Shown here piece after piece: positions 9,837-21,276 of a stretch of 64,000 nt of DNA. The stretch is from Terriglobia bacterium (GTDB lineage: Bacteria; Acidobacteriota; Terriglobia; JAJPHL01; JAPKYU01). The position numbers were made by a program, and so were the translations under genes. The first letter of the stretch is position 1. The number at the start of each line of letters is the position of its first letter. The stretch is taken from the NCBI GenBank assembly GCA_965223005.1, contig CBDCVK010000010.1, positions 480,001 through 544,000 on the forward strand, read 5' to 3'. The notes beneath the pieces were generated by a model. That model was given only the letters and a program-made list of their open reading frames with translations, was not told where the DNA came from and made no database searches.

Positions 9837-11308
9837 AAGGCGAACGTGCCCCACAGATCATCGCGCCGGGACACACCTATGCGTCGGTCACCGACAAGAT
9901 CAGCGCCATTGTGCTCACCGGGCGCACTCCGCGCGGCTGGTGGAGGCGCTCGGCTTCGGGGTGGCCTTTGCTCTGGTCATGGTTCTGCTGTATTCGGTGG
10001 CCTATCTACTGGCCGTGGGCACCGGCATCTGGGGGATCACCGGGCGCACTCCGCGCGGCGTTCGGCTTCGGGGTGGCCTTTGCTCTGGTCATGGTTCTGC
10101 TGTATTCGGTGGCCTATCTACTGGCCGTGGGCACCGGCATCTGGGGGATCAACGTTCCGGTCGGCTGGGGATTCGCCATCATCAACTTCGTCTGGTGGAT
10201 CGGGATCGGGCATGCGGGCACTTTGATCTCAGCCATCCTGTTATTGCTGCGCCAGCAATGGCGAACCTCGATCAACCGTTTCGCCGAAGCCATGACGTTG
10301 TTCGCGGTCGCCTGTGCGGGAATTTTTCCGCTCCTTCACATGGGGCGTCCGTGGCTCTTTTACTGGCTCATGCCTTACCCCAACACGATGGGGGTGTGGC
10401 CGCAGTTCCGCAGCCCGCTGGTCTGGGACGTGTTTGCTGTCACCACCTATGCCACCGTCTCGGCGTTGTTCTGGTTTGTGGGCCTGATCCCGGACTTTGC
10501 GACGCTGCGCGATCGCGCCGGCTCGCGGTTGGCTCAAGTCATCTACGGCGTGCTGGCGATGGGATGGCGAGGCTCGGCAAAGCACTGGCACCGCTATGAA
10601 ACCGCCTACCTGCTTCTGGCCGGGCTCGCCACTCCTCTGGTGATCTCGGTGCACACCATTGTCAGTTTCGACTTTGCGATAGGCATCATTCCCGGCTGGC
10701 ACGCCACCATTTTCCCTCCCTATTTTGTGGCGGGCGCCATCTATGCGGGCTTTGCCATGGTCCTGACCCTGGCCATACCAGTCCGCGCCATCTATGGACT
10801 GCAGGATTTCATCACCATGCGGCACCTGGAGAACATGGCCAAAGTCATGTTGGCCACGGGCCTGATTGTCGCCTACGGCTACTTGATAGAAGCCTTCATG
10901 GCCTGGTATAGCGGGAATCGGTACGAACGGTACATGATTTTGAATCGGCTGAACGGTCCATACGCCAGTCATTACTGGGCGCTGCTGCTGTGCAACGTCG
11001 TGACCCCGCAGTTTCTCTGGTTTCGGCGAATCCGCACGAACGTGGTCACGCTGTTCCTGATCGCCATTGTGGTCGGCATCGGTATGTGGTTGGAGCGATT
11101 CATCATCGTTGTTACCAGCCTGCATCGGGACTTCTTGCCTTCCTCCTGGGGCATGTATGCCGGCACCCGCTGGGATTGGGCTACGTTTGCGGGTTCGATC
11201 GGCCTGTTTTTTGCCCTGCTGTTCTTGTTCGTCCGCTTCCTGCCAATGATTTCGATTTTCGAGATGCGGACTATCGTGCCGCGTTCGGAGGACCGGAGGA
11301 AGTCATGA
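9806..11308 (+). CDS. actC: Alternative complex III subunit ActC (NrfD family) with a 39-aa duplication-derived insert
   Basis: [31 protein letters not shown] and [10 protein letters not shown] motifs. Confidence 0.93.
   Translation: MEPEQPARTLEGERAPQIIAPGHTYASVTDKISAIVLTGRTPRGWWRRSASGWPLLWSWFCCIRWPIYWPWAPASGGSPGALRAAFGFGVAFALVMVLLYSVAYLLAVGTGIWGINVPVGWGFAIINFVWWIGIGHAGTLISAILLLLRQQWRTSINRFAEAMTLFAVACAGIFPLLHMGRPWLFYWLMPYPNTMGVWPQFRSPLVWDVFAVTTYATVSALFWFVGLIPDFATLRDRAGSRLAQVIYGVLAMGWRGSAKHWHRYETAYLLLAGLATPLVISVHTIVSFDFAIGIIPGWHATIFPPYFVAGAIYAGFAMVLTLAIPVRAIYGLQDFITMRHLENMAKVMLATGLIVAYGYLIEAFMAWYSGNRYERYMILNRLNGPYASHYWALLLCNVVTPQFLWFRRIRTNVVTLFLIAIVVGIGMWLERFIIVVTSLHRDFLPSSWGMYAGTRWDWATFAGSIGLFFALLFLFVRFLPMISIFEMRTIVPRSEDRRKS
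9915..10151 (+). repeat. Tandem duplication (about 117-bp unit, two copies) inside actC
   Basis: Copies at 9915-10039 and 10037-10151 are identical except for a 12-nt versus 2-nt segment after CGCGGC. Confidence 0.95.
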
Positions 11309-11345
11309 CGGACCCGATCGGGGGACACGTCGGAGAGTGCGCAGT

Positions 11346-11882
11346 ATGAAGAAAGCGGCCCTTTACGGATTGATGGCTGAATTTGAGACTTCCGAGGCCG
11401 TGGTGGCTGCCGTACGCCGTGCTTACCAGGAGGGATACCGGCGGATGGATGCCTACACGCCCATGCCGGTTGAGGGATTGGCCGAAGAGTTCGGCTTCCA
11501 TCATACGCGGCTGCCGCTCATCGTTCTGCTCGGGGGGATTGCCGGAGGCGTTGGGGGATTCCTGTTGCAATACTACACGTCGGTGATCGACTTTCCCCTC
11601 AACGTGGGAGGCCGTCCCTTGAACAGTTGGCCCGCTTTCATCCCGATCACATTTGAGATGACCATTTTGGTTGCGGCATTGTCAGCAGTGCTCGGAATGT
11701 TGGCGCTCAACGGCCTTCCCAGGCCGTATCACCCGGTCTTCAACGTTTCTCGATTTGCGCTGGCCACACGGAACCGCTTCTTTCTGTGCGTCGAAGGCAC
11801 CGATCCTAAATTTGACCTGGTTGCCACCAAGCGGTTCCTGGAGAGTTTAGGCCCGCGTGAGGTATCTGAAGTTGCGCCATAA
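11346..11882 (+). CDS. actD: Alternative complex III subunit ActD (DUF3341)
   Basis: MDAYTPMPVEGL, NVGGRPLNSWPAFIPITFE. Confidence 0.93.
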   Translation: MKKAALYGLMAEFETSEAVVAAVRRAYQEGYRRMDAYTPMPVEGLAEEFGFHHTRLPLIVLLGGIAGGVGGFLLQYYTSVIDFPLNVGGRPLNSWPAFIPITFEMTILVAALSAVLGMLALNGLPRPYHPVFNVSRFALATRNRFFLCVEGTDPKFDLVATKRFLESLGPREVSEVAP

Positions 11883-12492
11883 CACGATCCACTATCCGTG
11901 CGCGAACCATATTCCGGGAGGGGGCGTCCGGATTGGCCTGCTCGTCCTTTGTTCCCTTTTGCTGGGAGGGTGCCGCCAGGATATGCACGACCAGCCCAGG
12001 TTCGAGGCGCTGGAGGCCAGCACGTTCTTCGAAGATGGCCAATCCGCGCGGCCGCTGATAGCCGGCACGGTGGCCCGCGGTCATTTGCGCAGAGATGAGC
12101 ATTTCTACGCGGGGAAATCTGACGGGGCCTTGGCCGATACCTTTCCCTTTCCAGTTAATCGTGAGGTCCTAGCGCGAGGCCGAGAACGTTTCGACATTTT
12201 TTGCTCACCTTGCCACGGTCGCGTGGGAGCCGGCCGGGGCATAGTCGTGCGACGAGGGTTTCGCTCGCCGCCGTCGTTTCACATCCCGCGGCTGCGCGAA
12301 GCTCCGGTAGGACATTTTTTCGACGCCATAACGAATGGCTTTGGCGGCATGGCTAGTTACGCGAGCCGGATTTCGCCTGAAGACCGCTGGGCGATTGTCG
12401 CCTACGTGCGCGCGCTCCAATTGAGCCAGCACGCCACGCTGGCCGACGTTCCGTCAGAGCAACGTTCGGAACTCGTTGGGACCGCAGAATGA
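11857..12492 (+). CDS. actE: Alternative complex III monoheme lipoprotein ActE
   Basis: Lipobox LLGGC-RQDMHDQP and one CSPCH. Start uncertain. Confidence 0.92.
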   Translation: MRYLKLRHNTIHYPCANHIPGGGVRIGLLVLCSLLLGGCRQDMHDQPRFEALEASTFFEDGQSARPLIAGTVARGHLRRDEHFYAGKSDGALADTFPFPVNREVLARGRERFDIFCSPCHGRVGAGRGIVVRRGFRSPPSFHIPRLREAPVGHFFDAITNGFGGMASYASRISPEDRWAIVAYVRALQLSQHATLADVPSEQRSELVGTAE

Positions 12493-13679
12493 ACGAATTC
12501 GAAACGCTCCGTCCCGAACTGGATCGCATTCGAAAGCAAGCGCTCGTGGTGGGCAGCGTGGCCTTGGGAGTCTGCATCGTAGGAGGCTTTCCCAACCCGG
12601 AGCAATTTTTCCGCTCCTACCTACTGGGCTACCTGTTCTGGATCGGAATCGCGCTGGGAAGCCTCGCCATCTTGATGCTGCACCACATGGTCGGCGGCGC
12701 GTGGGGTTTTGTGATCTGTCGCGCGCTCGAGTCCGCGACACGCACGCTGCCGCTGATGGGCTTGCTGCTCGTGCCACTACTGTTCGGCATCTACAAGTGG
12801 GGTGTAGTGTATAGCTGGGCGCGCCCCGAGGCAGTGGCTGCCGATGAACTCTTGCAACACAAGAGCCCTTACCTGAATGTCCCCTTTTTTTTCACTCGAG
12901 CGATCGTTTACTTCGCGATTTGGATCGCGATTGCCTACTTCTTGAATAAGTGGTCAGCCGAGCACGATCGAACTGCGGACGGCTCCTTTGTGCGTCGGCT
13001 TCAGATTCTCAGTGGGCCCGGACTGCTGCTTTACGGGCTCACCGTATCGTTTGCTTTTGTGGACTGGGTCATGTCGTTGGAGCCGCATTGGTTCTCAACG
13101 GTTTACGGCGTCATGTTTATGATCGGGCAGGCGCTGGGGGCGCTAGCCTTTGCCATCGGCGTGACCGCGCTGCTCGCCAAGCGCAAGCCTTTGTCGGACG
13201 TCGTCGAGGCCGGGCATTTTCACGACCTGGGTAACCTCCTGCTGGCTTTCGTCATGCTGTGGGCCTACATCGCGTTTTCCCAATACTTGATTATCTGGTC
13301 GGGCAACCTGCCGGAGGAAATTCCCTGGTATCTGCACCGCAGTTTGGGCGGCTGGCAATGGGTGGCGCTACTGTTGTTCCTTTTCCATTTTTGTTTGCCC
13401 TTTCTGGTGCTACTATCTCGCGTCGCGAAGCGCAGGGTACGAATCCTGGCCACGGTGGCGGCGGCCATGACCGTGATGCGTCTGGTGGATTTGTTCTGGC
13501 TGGTCGCGCCGGCATTCCATCCTACTGGGTTCAGCCTCCATTGGATGGATCTGGGGGCACCGGTCGGTATCGGAGGAATTTGGATAGCAGTGTTTGTTTG
13601 GCAACTGGGCAAGAGAGCCCTGCTGCCGGCGTATGACCCTCGTGTGAATGAAGAGATGGGGGTTGCTGAAGGCACTTGA
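12489..13679 (+). CDS. actF: Alternative complex III membrane subunit ActF
   Basis: Polytopic; DWVMSLEPHWFST, DLGNLLLAF and FSQYLIIWSGNLPEE motifs. Confidence 0.92.
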   Translation: MNEFETLRPELDRIRKQALVVGSVALGVCIVGGFPNPEQFFRSYLLGYLFWIGIALGSLAILMLHHMVGGAWGFVICRALESATRTLPLMGLLLVPLLFGIYKWGVVYSWARPEAVAADELLQHKSPYLNVPFFFTRAIVYFAIWIAIAYFLNKWSAEHDRTADGSFVRRLQILSGPGLLLYGLTVSFAFVDWVMSLEPHWFSTVYGVMFMIGQALGALAFAIGVTALLAKRKPLSDVVEAGHFHDLGNLLLAFVMLWAYIAFSQYLIIWSGNLPEEIPWYLHRSLGGWQWVALLLFLFHFCLPFLVLLSRVAKRRVRILATVAAAMTVMRLVDLFWLVAPAFHPTGFSLHWMDLGAPVGIGGIWIAVFVWQLGKRALLPAYDPRVNEEMGVAEGT

Positions 13680-13698
13680 AGCCCGCTGTAGGCGCGTG

Positions 13699-14124
13699 AT
13701 GAGTGAGACGAACCAGTCCGAGGAAAGCCTGGGCCGGCGATACCAGCCGAGCGAGCCGGACGTCGGACGCATTGCGCTGTTCGCGGTCCTGCTGGTGATT
13801 TCCGTCGGGGTGGCCCTGTTGGCGATGAGCTGGACATATACCATCCTGGCTGGCCTCCAGCCGGAGCCTTCTCCGACGGCTTCTCTGTGGGCGGAAGCGG
13901 AGCGTTTGCCGCCGCAGCCTCGCCTGCAAGTCGTCCCCGCACGGGATCTGCAAACAGCGCGCATTGATGAGGAGGCTTTGTTAAATAGCTACGGGTGGGT
14001 CGACCCAGAGGCCGGCGTGGTCAGAATCCCGATCGAGCGGGCCATCGACGTGCTTGCCCAACGGGGCCTCCCTGCCAGGGATCGGAGACAAGAAACCCGG
14101 AGGAGCTCTGATCGAAAGCCATGA
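13699..14124 (+). CDS. ActG-like small subunit
   Basis: Single TM; PPQPRLQ...YGWVDPEAGVVRIPIERA; follows actF. Confidence 0.75.
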   Translation: MSETNQSEESLGRRYQPSEPDVGRIALFAVLLVISVGVALLAMSWTYTILAGLQPEPSPTASLWAEAERLPPQPRLQVVPARDLQTARIDEEALLNSYGWVDPEAGVVRIPIERAIDVLAQRGLPARDRRQETRRSSDRKP

Positions 14125-15017
14125 CAGTTAGCGCGGCTCATCAGAAAGGGCAACGAATTCTGAATTGCGGTGCAGGGTCTCGACCTCTGGGATCTCGTTT
14201 CATCGTGTTGCTGTGTCTTTGCCTGCTATTAGCGCTTGCTGCGGATCTGGCTCAGGCGCAGAACCTCCGGCCCGCGCCCTTGCGTGACGTTGGCATTGAT
14301 CAAAAGCTGAACGAGCAATTACCTTTGAACCTGACCTTTCGGGACGAGACCGGCAAGCCCGTACAACTTCGCCAATATTTTGGCCAGAAGCCGGTGATCC
14401 TATCTCTTGTCTATTACGATTGCCCCATGCTCTGCACGTTAGTGCTGAACGGGTTGGTCCGGAGCCTCCGGGTTGTTCCCCTCGATGTGGGAGATCAATT
14501 CGATGTGGTGACCGTAAGCTTTGATCCACGGGAGACGGCTGCGCTGGCAGCAGCCAAAAAGGAAACTTATGTTAGGCGCTATGCCCGAGCTCAGGCATCA
14601 CAGGGGTGGCACTTTCTTACTGGCGAGGAGGCCTCGATTCAACAACTGACCCGGGCCGTGGGATTCCGCTATGCCTACGACGCGAAAAGCGGGGAGTTCG
14701 CTCATGCCACCGGGATTATGGTCTTGACGCCTACCGGCAGGCTTGCCCGCTACTTTTACGGAATTGATTATTCGCCCAGGGACTTGCGCCTGGCGCTGGT
14801 GGAAGCCTCGGCCAATAAGATCGGCTCGGCCGTTGACCAGTTGCTACTGTTTTGTTTCCACTACGACCCCAAAACAGGAAAGTACAGTCTGGTCGTCATG
14901 AATGTCCTCCGCGTCGCTGGGATGGGCACGCTTCTGACCCTGGGGAGCTTTCTGTTTGTCATGTTTCGCCGGGATCGGCGCAAATACTGGAAGCCGGAGG
15001 AAACAGGTCCGGCGTAA
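14121..15017 (+). CDS. SCO family copper chaperone
   Basis: YYDCPMLC (CxxxC), conserved His in FAHATG, C-terminal TM. Confidence 0.92.
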   Translation: MTVSAAHQKGQRILNCGAGSRPLGSRFIVLLCLCLLLALAADLAQAQNLRPAPLRDVGIDQKLNEQLPLNLTFRDETGKPVQLRQYFGQKPVILSLVYYDCPMLCTLVLNGLVRSLRVVPLDVGDQFDVVTVSFDPRETAALAAAKKETYVRRYARAQASQGWHFLTGEEASIQQLTRAVGFRYAYDAKSGEFAHATGIMVLTPTGRLARYFYGIDYSPRDLRLALVEASANKIGSAVDQLLLFCFHYDPKTGKYSLVVMNVLRVAGMGTLLTLGSFLFVMFRRDRRKYWKPEETGPA

Positions 15018-15061
15018 GAGACGAGAAGACCGGCGATGCCGGTCTCTTACTGCTTTGGATT

Positions 15062-16005
15062 ATGTGGGAAGGTTTTCCTTTATTCCCTGAACAGGCGTCC
15101 ACCGTAGCGGGCGAAGTGGACATGCTGTTTTATTTCTTGATCGCAGTCAGTCTGTTTTTTACCGTTCTAATTTTCTCGCTGATCTTTTACTTCGCCATCC
15201 GCTACCGGAGACGCTCCGAGACTGAACAGCCTCGTCCGATGGTCGGCTCCATCGGACTGGAGTTATTCTGGTCCATCACTCCGTTCATGATTACGGTGGT
15301 CATGTTTGTTTGGGCGACCAGCCTGTATTTCAAAAATGCCAGTCCTACGGCGGGAGCATTAGAGATCTATGTAGTTGCCAAGCAATGGATGTGGAAACTT
15401 CAGCATCCGGAGGGCCAGCGGGAAATCAACACTTTGCACGTGCCGATCGGCCGTCCCGTCCGTTTGATCATGACCTCCGAGGATGTTATCCACAGTTTTT
15501 ACGTGCCTGCATTTCGGGTGAAATACGATGTATTGCCAGGACGGTACACAACCCTCTGGTTTGAGCCCACAAAAACCGGAGAATACCACTTGTTTTGCGC
15601 GGAATATTGTGGAACGAAACATTCTCAGATGGCCGGTCGCGTCATCGTCATGACGCCACTGGAATTCGAGAAATGGCTGGGAGGGACCGCGACAGGAGAG
15701 TCGCTGGCAGAGGTTGGTCAGAGGTTGTTCCAGCGGCTCGGGTGCATTACCTGCCACCGCCCGGACGCGAGCGGACGCGGGCCCGTGCTGGAAGGTCTGT
15801 TCAACAAACCGGTGCCCTTGGCCACCGGAGAGACTGTGATCGCGGACGAGGACTACCTCCGGGAGTCGATCCTGCGGCCCAGCGCGAAAATGGTGGCTGG
15901 ATACACCGTGAGAATGCCAACCTTCCAGGGCCAGATCGGCGAGGAGGGGCTGGTGCAGATCATTGCCTTTATTAAATCTCTTAGTCGGGAAGTGCAAATC
16001 GAGGA

Positions 16006-16009
<4 letters not shown>
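15062..16009 (+). CDS. coxB: Cytochrome c oxidase subunit II with fused cytochrome c (caa3)
   Basis: DVIHSF, CuA motif [13 protein letters not shown]-terminal CITCH. Confidence 0.96.
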
Positions 16010-17626
<1,617 letters not shown>

Positions 17627-17634
<8 letters not shown>

Positions 17635-18274
17635 AACACACGCCGCGCTGGCGCACCAGTTTGACGACCTGGAACAGCAGCACGAAGCCGTCACTCTGGG
17701 CATGTGGGCGTTCCTAGTCACCGAAATCATGTTCTTCGGTGGCCTGTTTGCCGGATACACCGTCTATCGCTCAGCCTATCCCGAGGCGTTTGCCGCAGCC
17801 AGCCGGATCCTGGACAGGGAGCTCGGCGCCATCAATACCGTGGTCTTGATCGCGAGCAGCCTCACGATGGTTCTGGCTGTGCATAGCGCGCAACTCGGCA
17901 GGCGCAAGGCATTGGTTGTGTTTCTGCTCTGCACCATTGTTCTAGGTTCGGTATTTCTGGGCATCAAGGCTGTAGAATACAGTCACAAGTTTGAGCACCA
18001 TCTGGTGCCGGGCCCTTGGTTCCACTACGAGGGTCCCCGCGCGAGCCAGGTTCACCTTTTCTTCTACTTCTATTTCGTCATGACGGGTATGCACGCACTG
18101 CACATGGTAATTGGAATTGTAATTCTAGCGGTTCTTGTCTTCCAATCCTGGCGCGGCCGGTACACAAACCTATACTCTTCGCCGGTGGAGATGACCGGCC
18201 TGTACTGGCACTTCGTGGATATCGTGTGGATTTTCCTGTTCCCGTTACTTTATCTGCTCGGGCAGCACTTATGA
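17627..18274 (+). CDS. coxC: Cytochrome c oxidase subunit III
   Basis: [21 protein letters not shown] and [10 protein letters not shown] motifs. Confidence 0.95.
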
Positions 18275-18624
18275 CGCACCACGTTGTCTCGCTGAAAGCC
18301 TATTACCTTGTCTTTGGGGCACTTCTCCTGTTAACCATCACCACGGTTGCTGTCGCCTCGTGGGATCTAGGAGAGCTGCTGGATCTAGGAGCATGGGTGA
18401 ATACGGTGGTCGCGGTCTTGATCGCGGTTTTGAAAGCAACTCTGGTTGCCCTCTACTTCATGCACGTCCGCTACAGCAGTCATCTCACAAAAGTGTTCGT
18501 GGTGGCGGGATTCTTCTGGTTGGCCATCCTCATTGGCCTGATCATGAGTGACTTCCTCACCCGGGAGCGGCCTTCCCGCCCCACCAGCCTTGGCGCTTCT
18601 GCAACAGCAACCCTGAGTCGGTAG
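18271..18624 (+). CDS. coxD: Cytochrome c oxidase subunit IV
   Basis: Three TM helices with KATLVALYFMHVRYS. Confidence 0.9.
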   Translation: MTHHVVSLKAYYLVFGALLLLTITTVAVASWDLGELLDLGAWVNTVVAVLIAVLKATLVALYFMHVRYSSHLTKVFVVAGFFWLAILIGLIMSDFLTRERPSRPTSLGASATATLSR

Positions 18625-18702
18625 CTCCCTGAAAACCACGCGTAGCAAGTTTTCACGTGTAGCGGGCTTTGATGTTCAGGACAGGCGTCGGAAATTCACG
18701 GC

Positions 18703-20549
18703 CTATAGCGGGCTCACCGACAGCAACCAGTTCGCAGCCATGGTCCCGGCAGCCTGCAGCCACGCCAAGGAGGACTTTCGTGGTTCACAACGCAGGATTC
18801 CAGCGGATGGGAAACTTGGTGAGTTATCGTCTCCCTCCACGCTGCTCCATCGAACCGGAACGGACATGGGTGGGGCAGGTGGGGAGTCTGCTCCCAGCGC
18901 CGTGAGGGAACTCTGACGAGCCTGCGCGAGCCCGTAGCTGGACAGCGTTCCTCGCCAGCCCAGTTGCGGTGAGAGAAGAAAACCCGATTGCCACCGTTGG
19001 TCCGGCAGATAGGGGCGCTCCAAAGCAACCAGCGGTTGCCAGTCGGTTTGAGGCACCAACGACAAGAGACTAACCAGCGGCGAGGACAATGCGAGCAGTG
19101 AGAAGGTTGCGTGATAAGTTGAGAGTTCCAGCGGTCCGTAGCCTAGCGAGGGTAGCCGGGATCCAATCGTGAACTGCAGATGTCCGAAGGCGCTCACTGG
19201 TCCCAACGGCCCCGAGGCTTTTCCTTCACCAGGATACTCAGGTCAACGCAGTGATCCTCCGGAGCCAGCTTCATGCGGACGTCGGATTCTACAACCGGTT
19301 CGATCAAGACGAGCTAGCTTAGACGCGCCAAGCTACGGCGCAGTCGTCCCTCATCAAACAAGTCCCCCTCTTGCAACAGCAGGGCTCGTCGCAGGGTCGA
19401 ATCGCCGACCGCATGGTGGCCGCGAAATTCAATCTGCCCCACCCGATAGACAGCCCCGGTTTCAATTTTCGCCTTGAGGGCGACCCATGGGCGGGCAACC
19501 GCACCCGTTTCAGCTAACCCTCCTCCCTTCGGGTCAATTCCCCCTCTGTCCCGGAGACGTTCCGAGGTCGTTTTTGCTTCCAGCAAGGCGGTGAACCCAA
19601 GTTTGCCCTCTCTTTCCGACTCGCGGCGTGCTTCTAAGAGGAATTGACACAGTTCGCGACTCGAAAAAGTGCCATCCGGCTGCGGCGGAAGTTCTTGGAT
19701 CGACTCGGCTCCCACGACCTCCAGCCGCTCCACGCGATAGCGCGGTCCCGCATCCACCTGCACCGTAACTGTGGCTTTGTCCTCTGCGGTGTTCACGGTG
19801 GAGATTCCTACCTTGGCATCAAAGTAGCCGCGGGAAAGATACAGCGACTGAAGACGTTCCACGTCGGCCTGGAGGCGCTGCTGGCTGAGAGGCGCAAGTA
19901 AGCGCCAACCTCGCCATAACGGGCCTAAGCCAGGCAACAAGCGTTGCGCGCGAGTCGCGCGCAACGCTCCCCGCAACTCGTTTGGTTTCAACCCTAATGA
20001 TCCCGAGAAGCGCATCTCCTGTACCCGATAGTCCCGGCCCCGCTCCACCCGGACCCGCAAGTCCGCCTGCTGGAAACCCACCGGGATCACTCCGGCTTCC
20101 ACCGTCGCCTCAGCGTGACCCTGCTCGACTAGCTGCTGCCGCAGCGCAGCCGCCACTCTCTTGGCCAGCACGGCATCGATGGGCGTGCCGTTCTCAAGGT
20201 CCACCGCGCGACGCTCGTTTTCGGGGTCGAACTCAACCCGCCGCAGGTGAAGCCGCGGCTTCTCTGCCAGAATGAAAACCAGGTGCACTCCCTCCACGGA
20301 TGGAGAGCTTTCGACCAGGATGGCGTTGAACCAGCCCGTCGCCCACAGGCGACGGACGTCGTGCTCAATACGGACCAGGTCGAGCGTTTGGCCGGAGCGC
20401 GTCTCTAATTCAAGAGGCCGCAGGCTGCCACGAATCTGCAACGTTTGGATGAATGGACTGTCTGCCGCCCATAGCGCAGCATGGGAGAGAAAGGAAAGGA
20501 GGAGGGTTCTCCAAATGAACGGTCCTACCATGGAAGTAACCTCGTTCAA
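18703..20549 (-). pseudogene. POTRA-domain (BamA N-terminus-like) protein, interrupted
   Basis: POTRA-like repeats (DVRRLWATGWF, LQSLYLSRGYF, LRRALLLQEGDLF). In-frame TAG at 19314-19316 is followed by a plausible continuation (LVLIEPVVESDVRM..VDLSILVKEK), then a frameshift near 19200 into the 18703-19206 ORF. Confidence 0.7.
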
Positions 20550-20714
20550 GGATGATCGAGCAGCTACTCAGGGTAGCCTGGCGTTCAAGCAATACAAGAC
20601 GGATTTGGAGGATAGAAGTTACAAGATACAGGTACGAAATAGCGAGCACGAACAGAGCCGCGAAGGAAGCGGTCAAATCCCCGTAGCCTGTTGAAACGGC
20701 ATCTTTTAAAAGAA

Positions 20715-20758
20715 TGGTCGGGCCGTCGGGATTTGAACCCGAGACCTCTTGCACCCCA
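20715..20758 (-). tRNA. 3' half of tRNA-Pro(GGG): att-site fragment, not a complete tRNA
   Basis: Minus strand TGGGGTGCAAGAGGTCTCGGGTTCAAATCCCGACGGCCCGACCA runs from anticodon loop to CCA; no D arm or 5' acceptor strand upstream. Confidence 0.85.
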
Positions 20759-21276
20759 ATTGTGCGTTCCATGTTAGCGGCGATGAGATGGAGTGAGCCC
20801 AAGTGATACGACCAGCAAGGGATGACTCGATTCAACCGCTGTGCCAGGTGACACTGACGCACACCGAGTAATAAGGGGTTAGTTGGGCTTGGATGCCAGG
20901 GTCACGTCACAAAGTACGTCACAATCGCCGGGCGCCATCACACCGCGCATGCGAGGCTTCCGGCTCGCTGGGATGCCGAGGGCCCTGATGGTACCAGCCC
21001 GAGCCGTTTCGTGGGCACCGTTTGCTATTGACCAAACCCGTCAAGGGGTTGACGGAGAGTGTCTCACCTTTAGTTGAAAGTCGAGCGGCGGTTCGCTGAC
21101 CTGGTTCCGTAGAATCGGGTTGGGAAACTTTCTGGAAAGGGGAACCGCCGTGCAGAGAAGCTACCACATCCTAGGCCGGAGCGATAGCCGAAGCTCCCGC
21201 AAACTGGCTGCCTACCTGGCTCGCCACGGGCAGTTTCTGCTGCCCTGGGTGGAGTTGATCGAACAATCGCGGTTAG

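Noticed and set aside
19314-19316. Recoded TAG (pyrrolysine) in the POTRA gene
   Set aside because: A frameshift follows about 110 nt later and no pyl genes are seen; decay is the simpler explanation.
20715-20758. Functional tRNA-Pro
   Set aside because: The D arm and 5' acceptor strand are absent.
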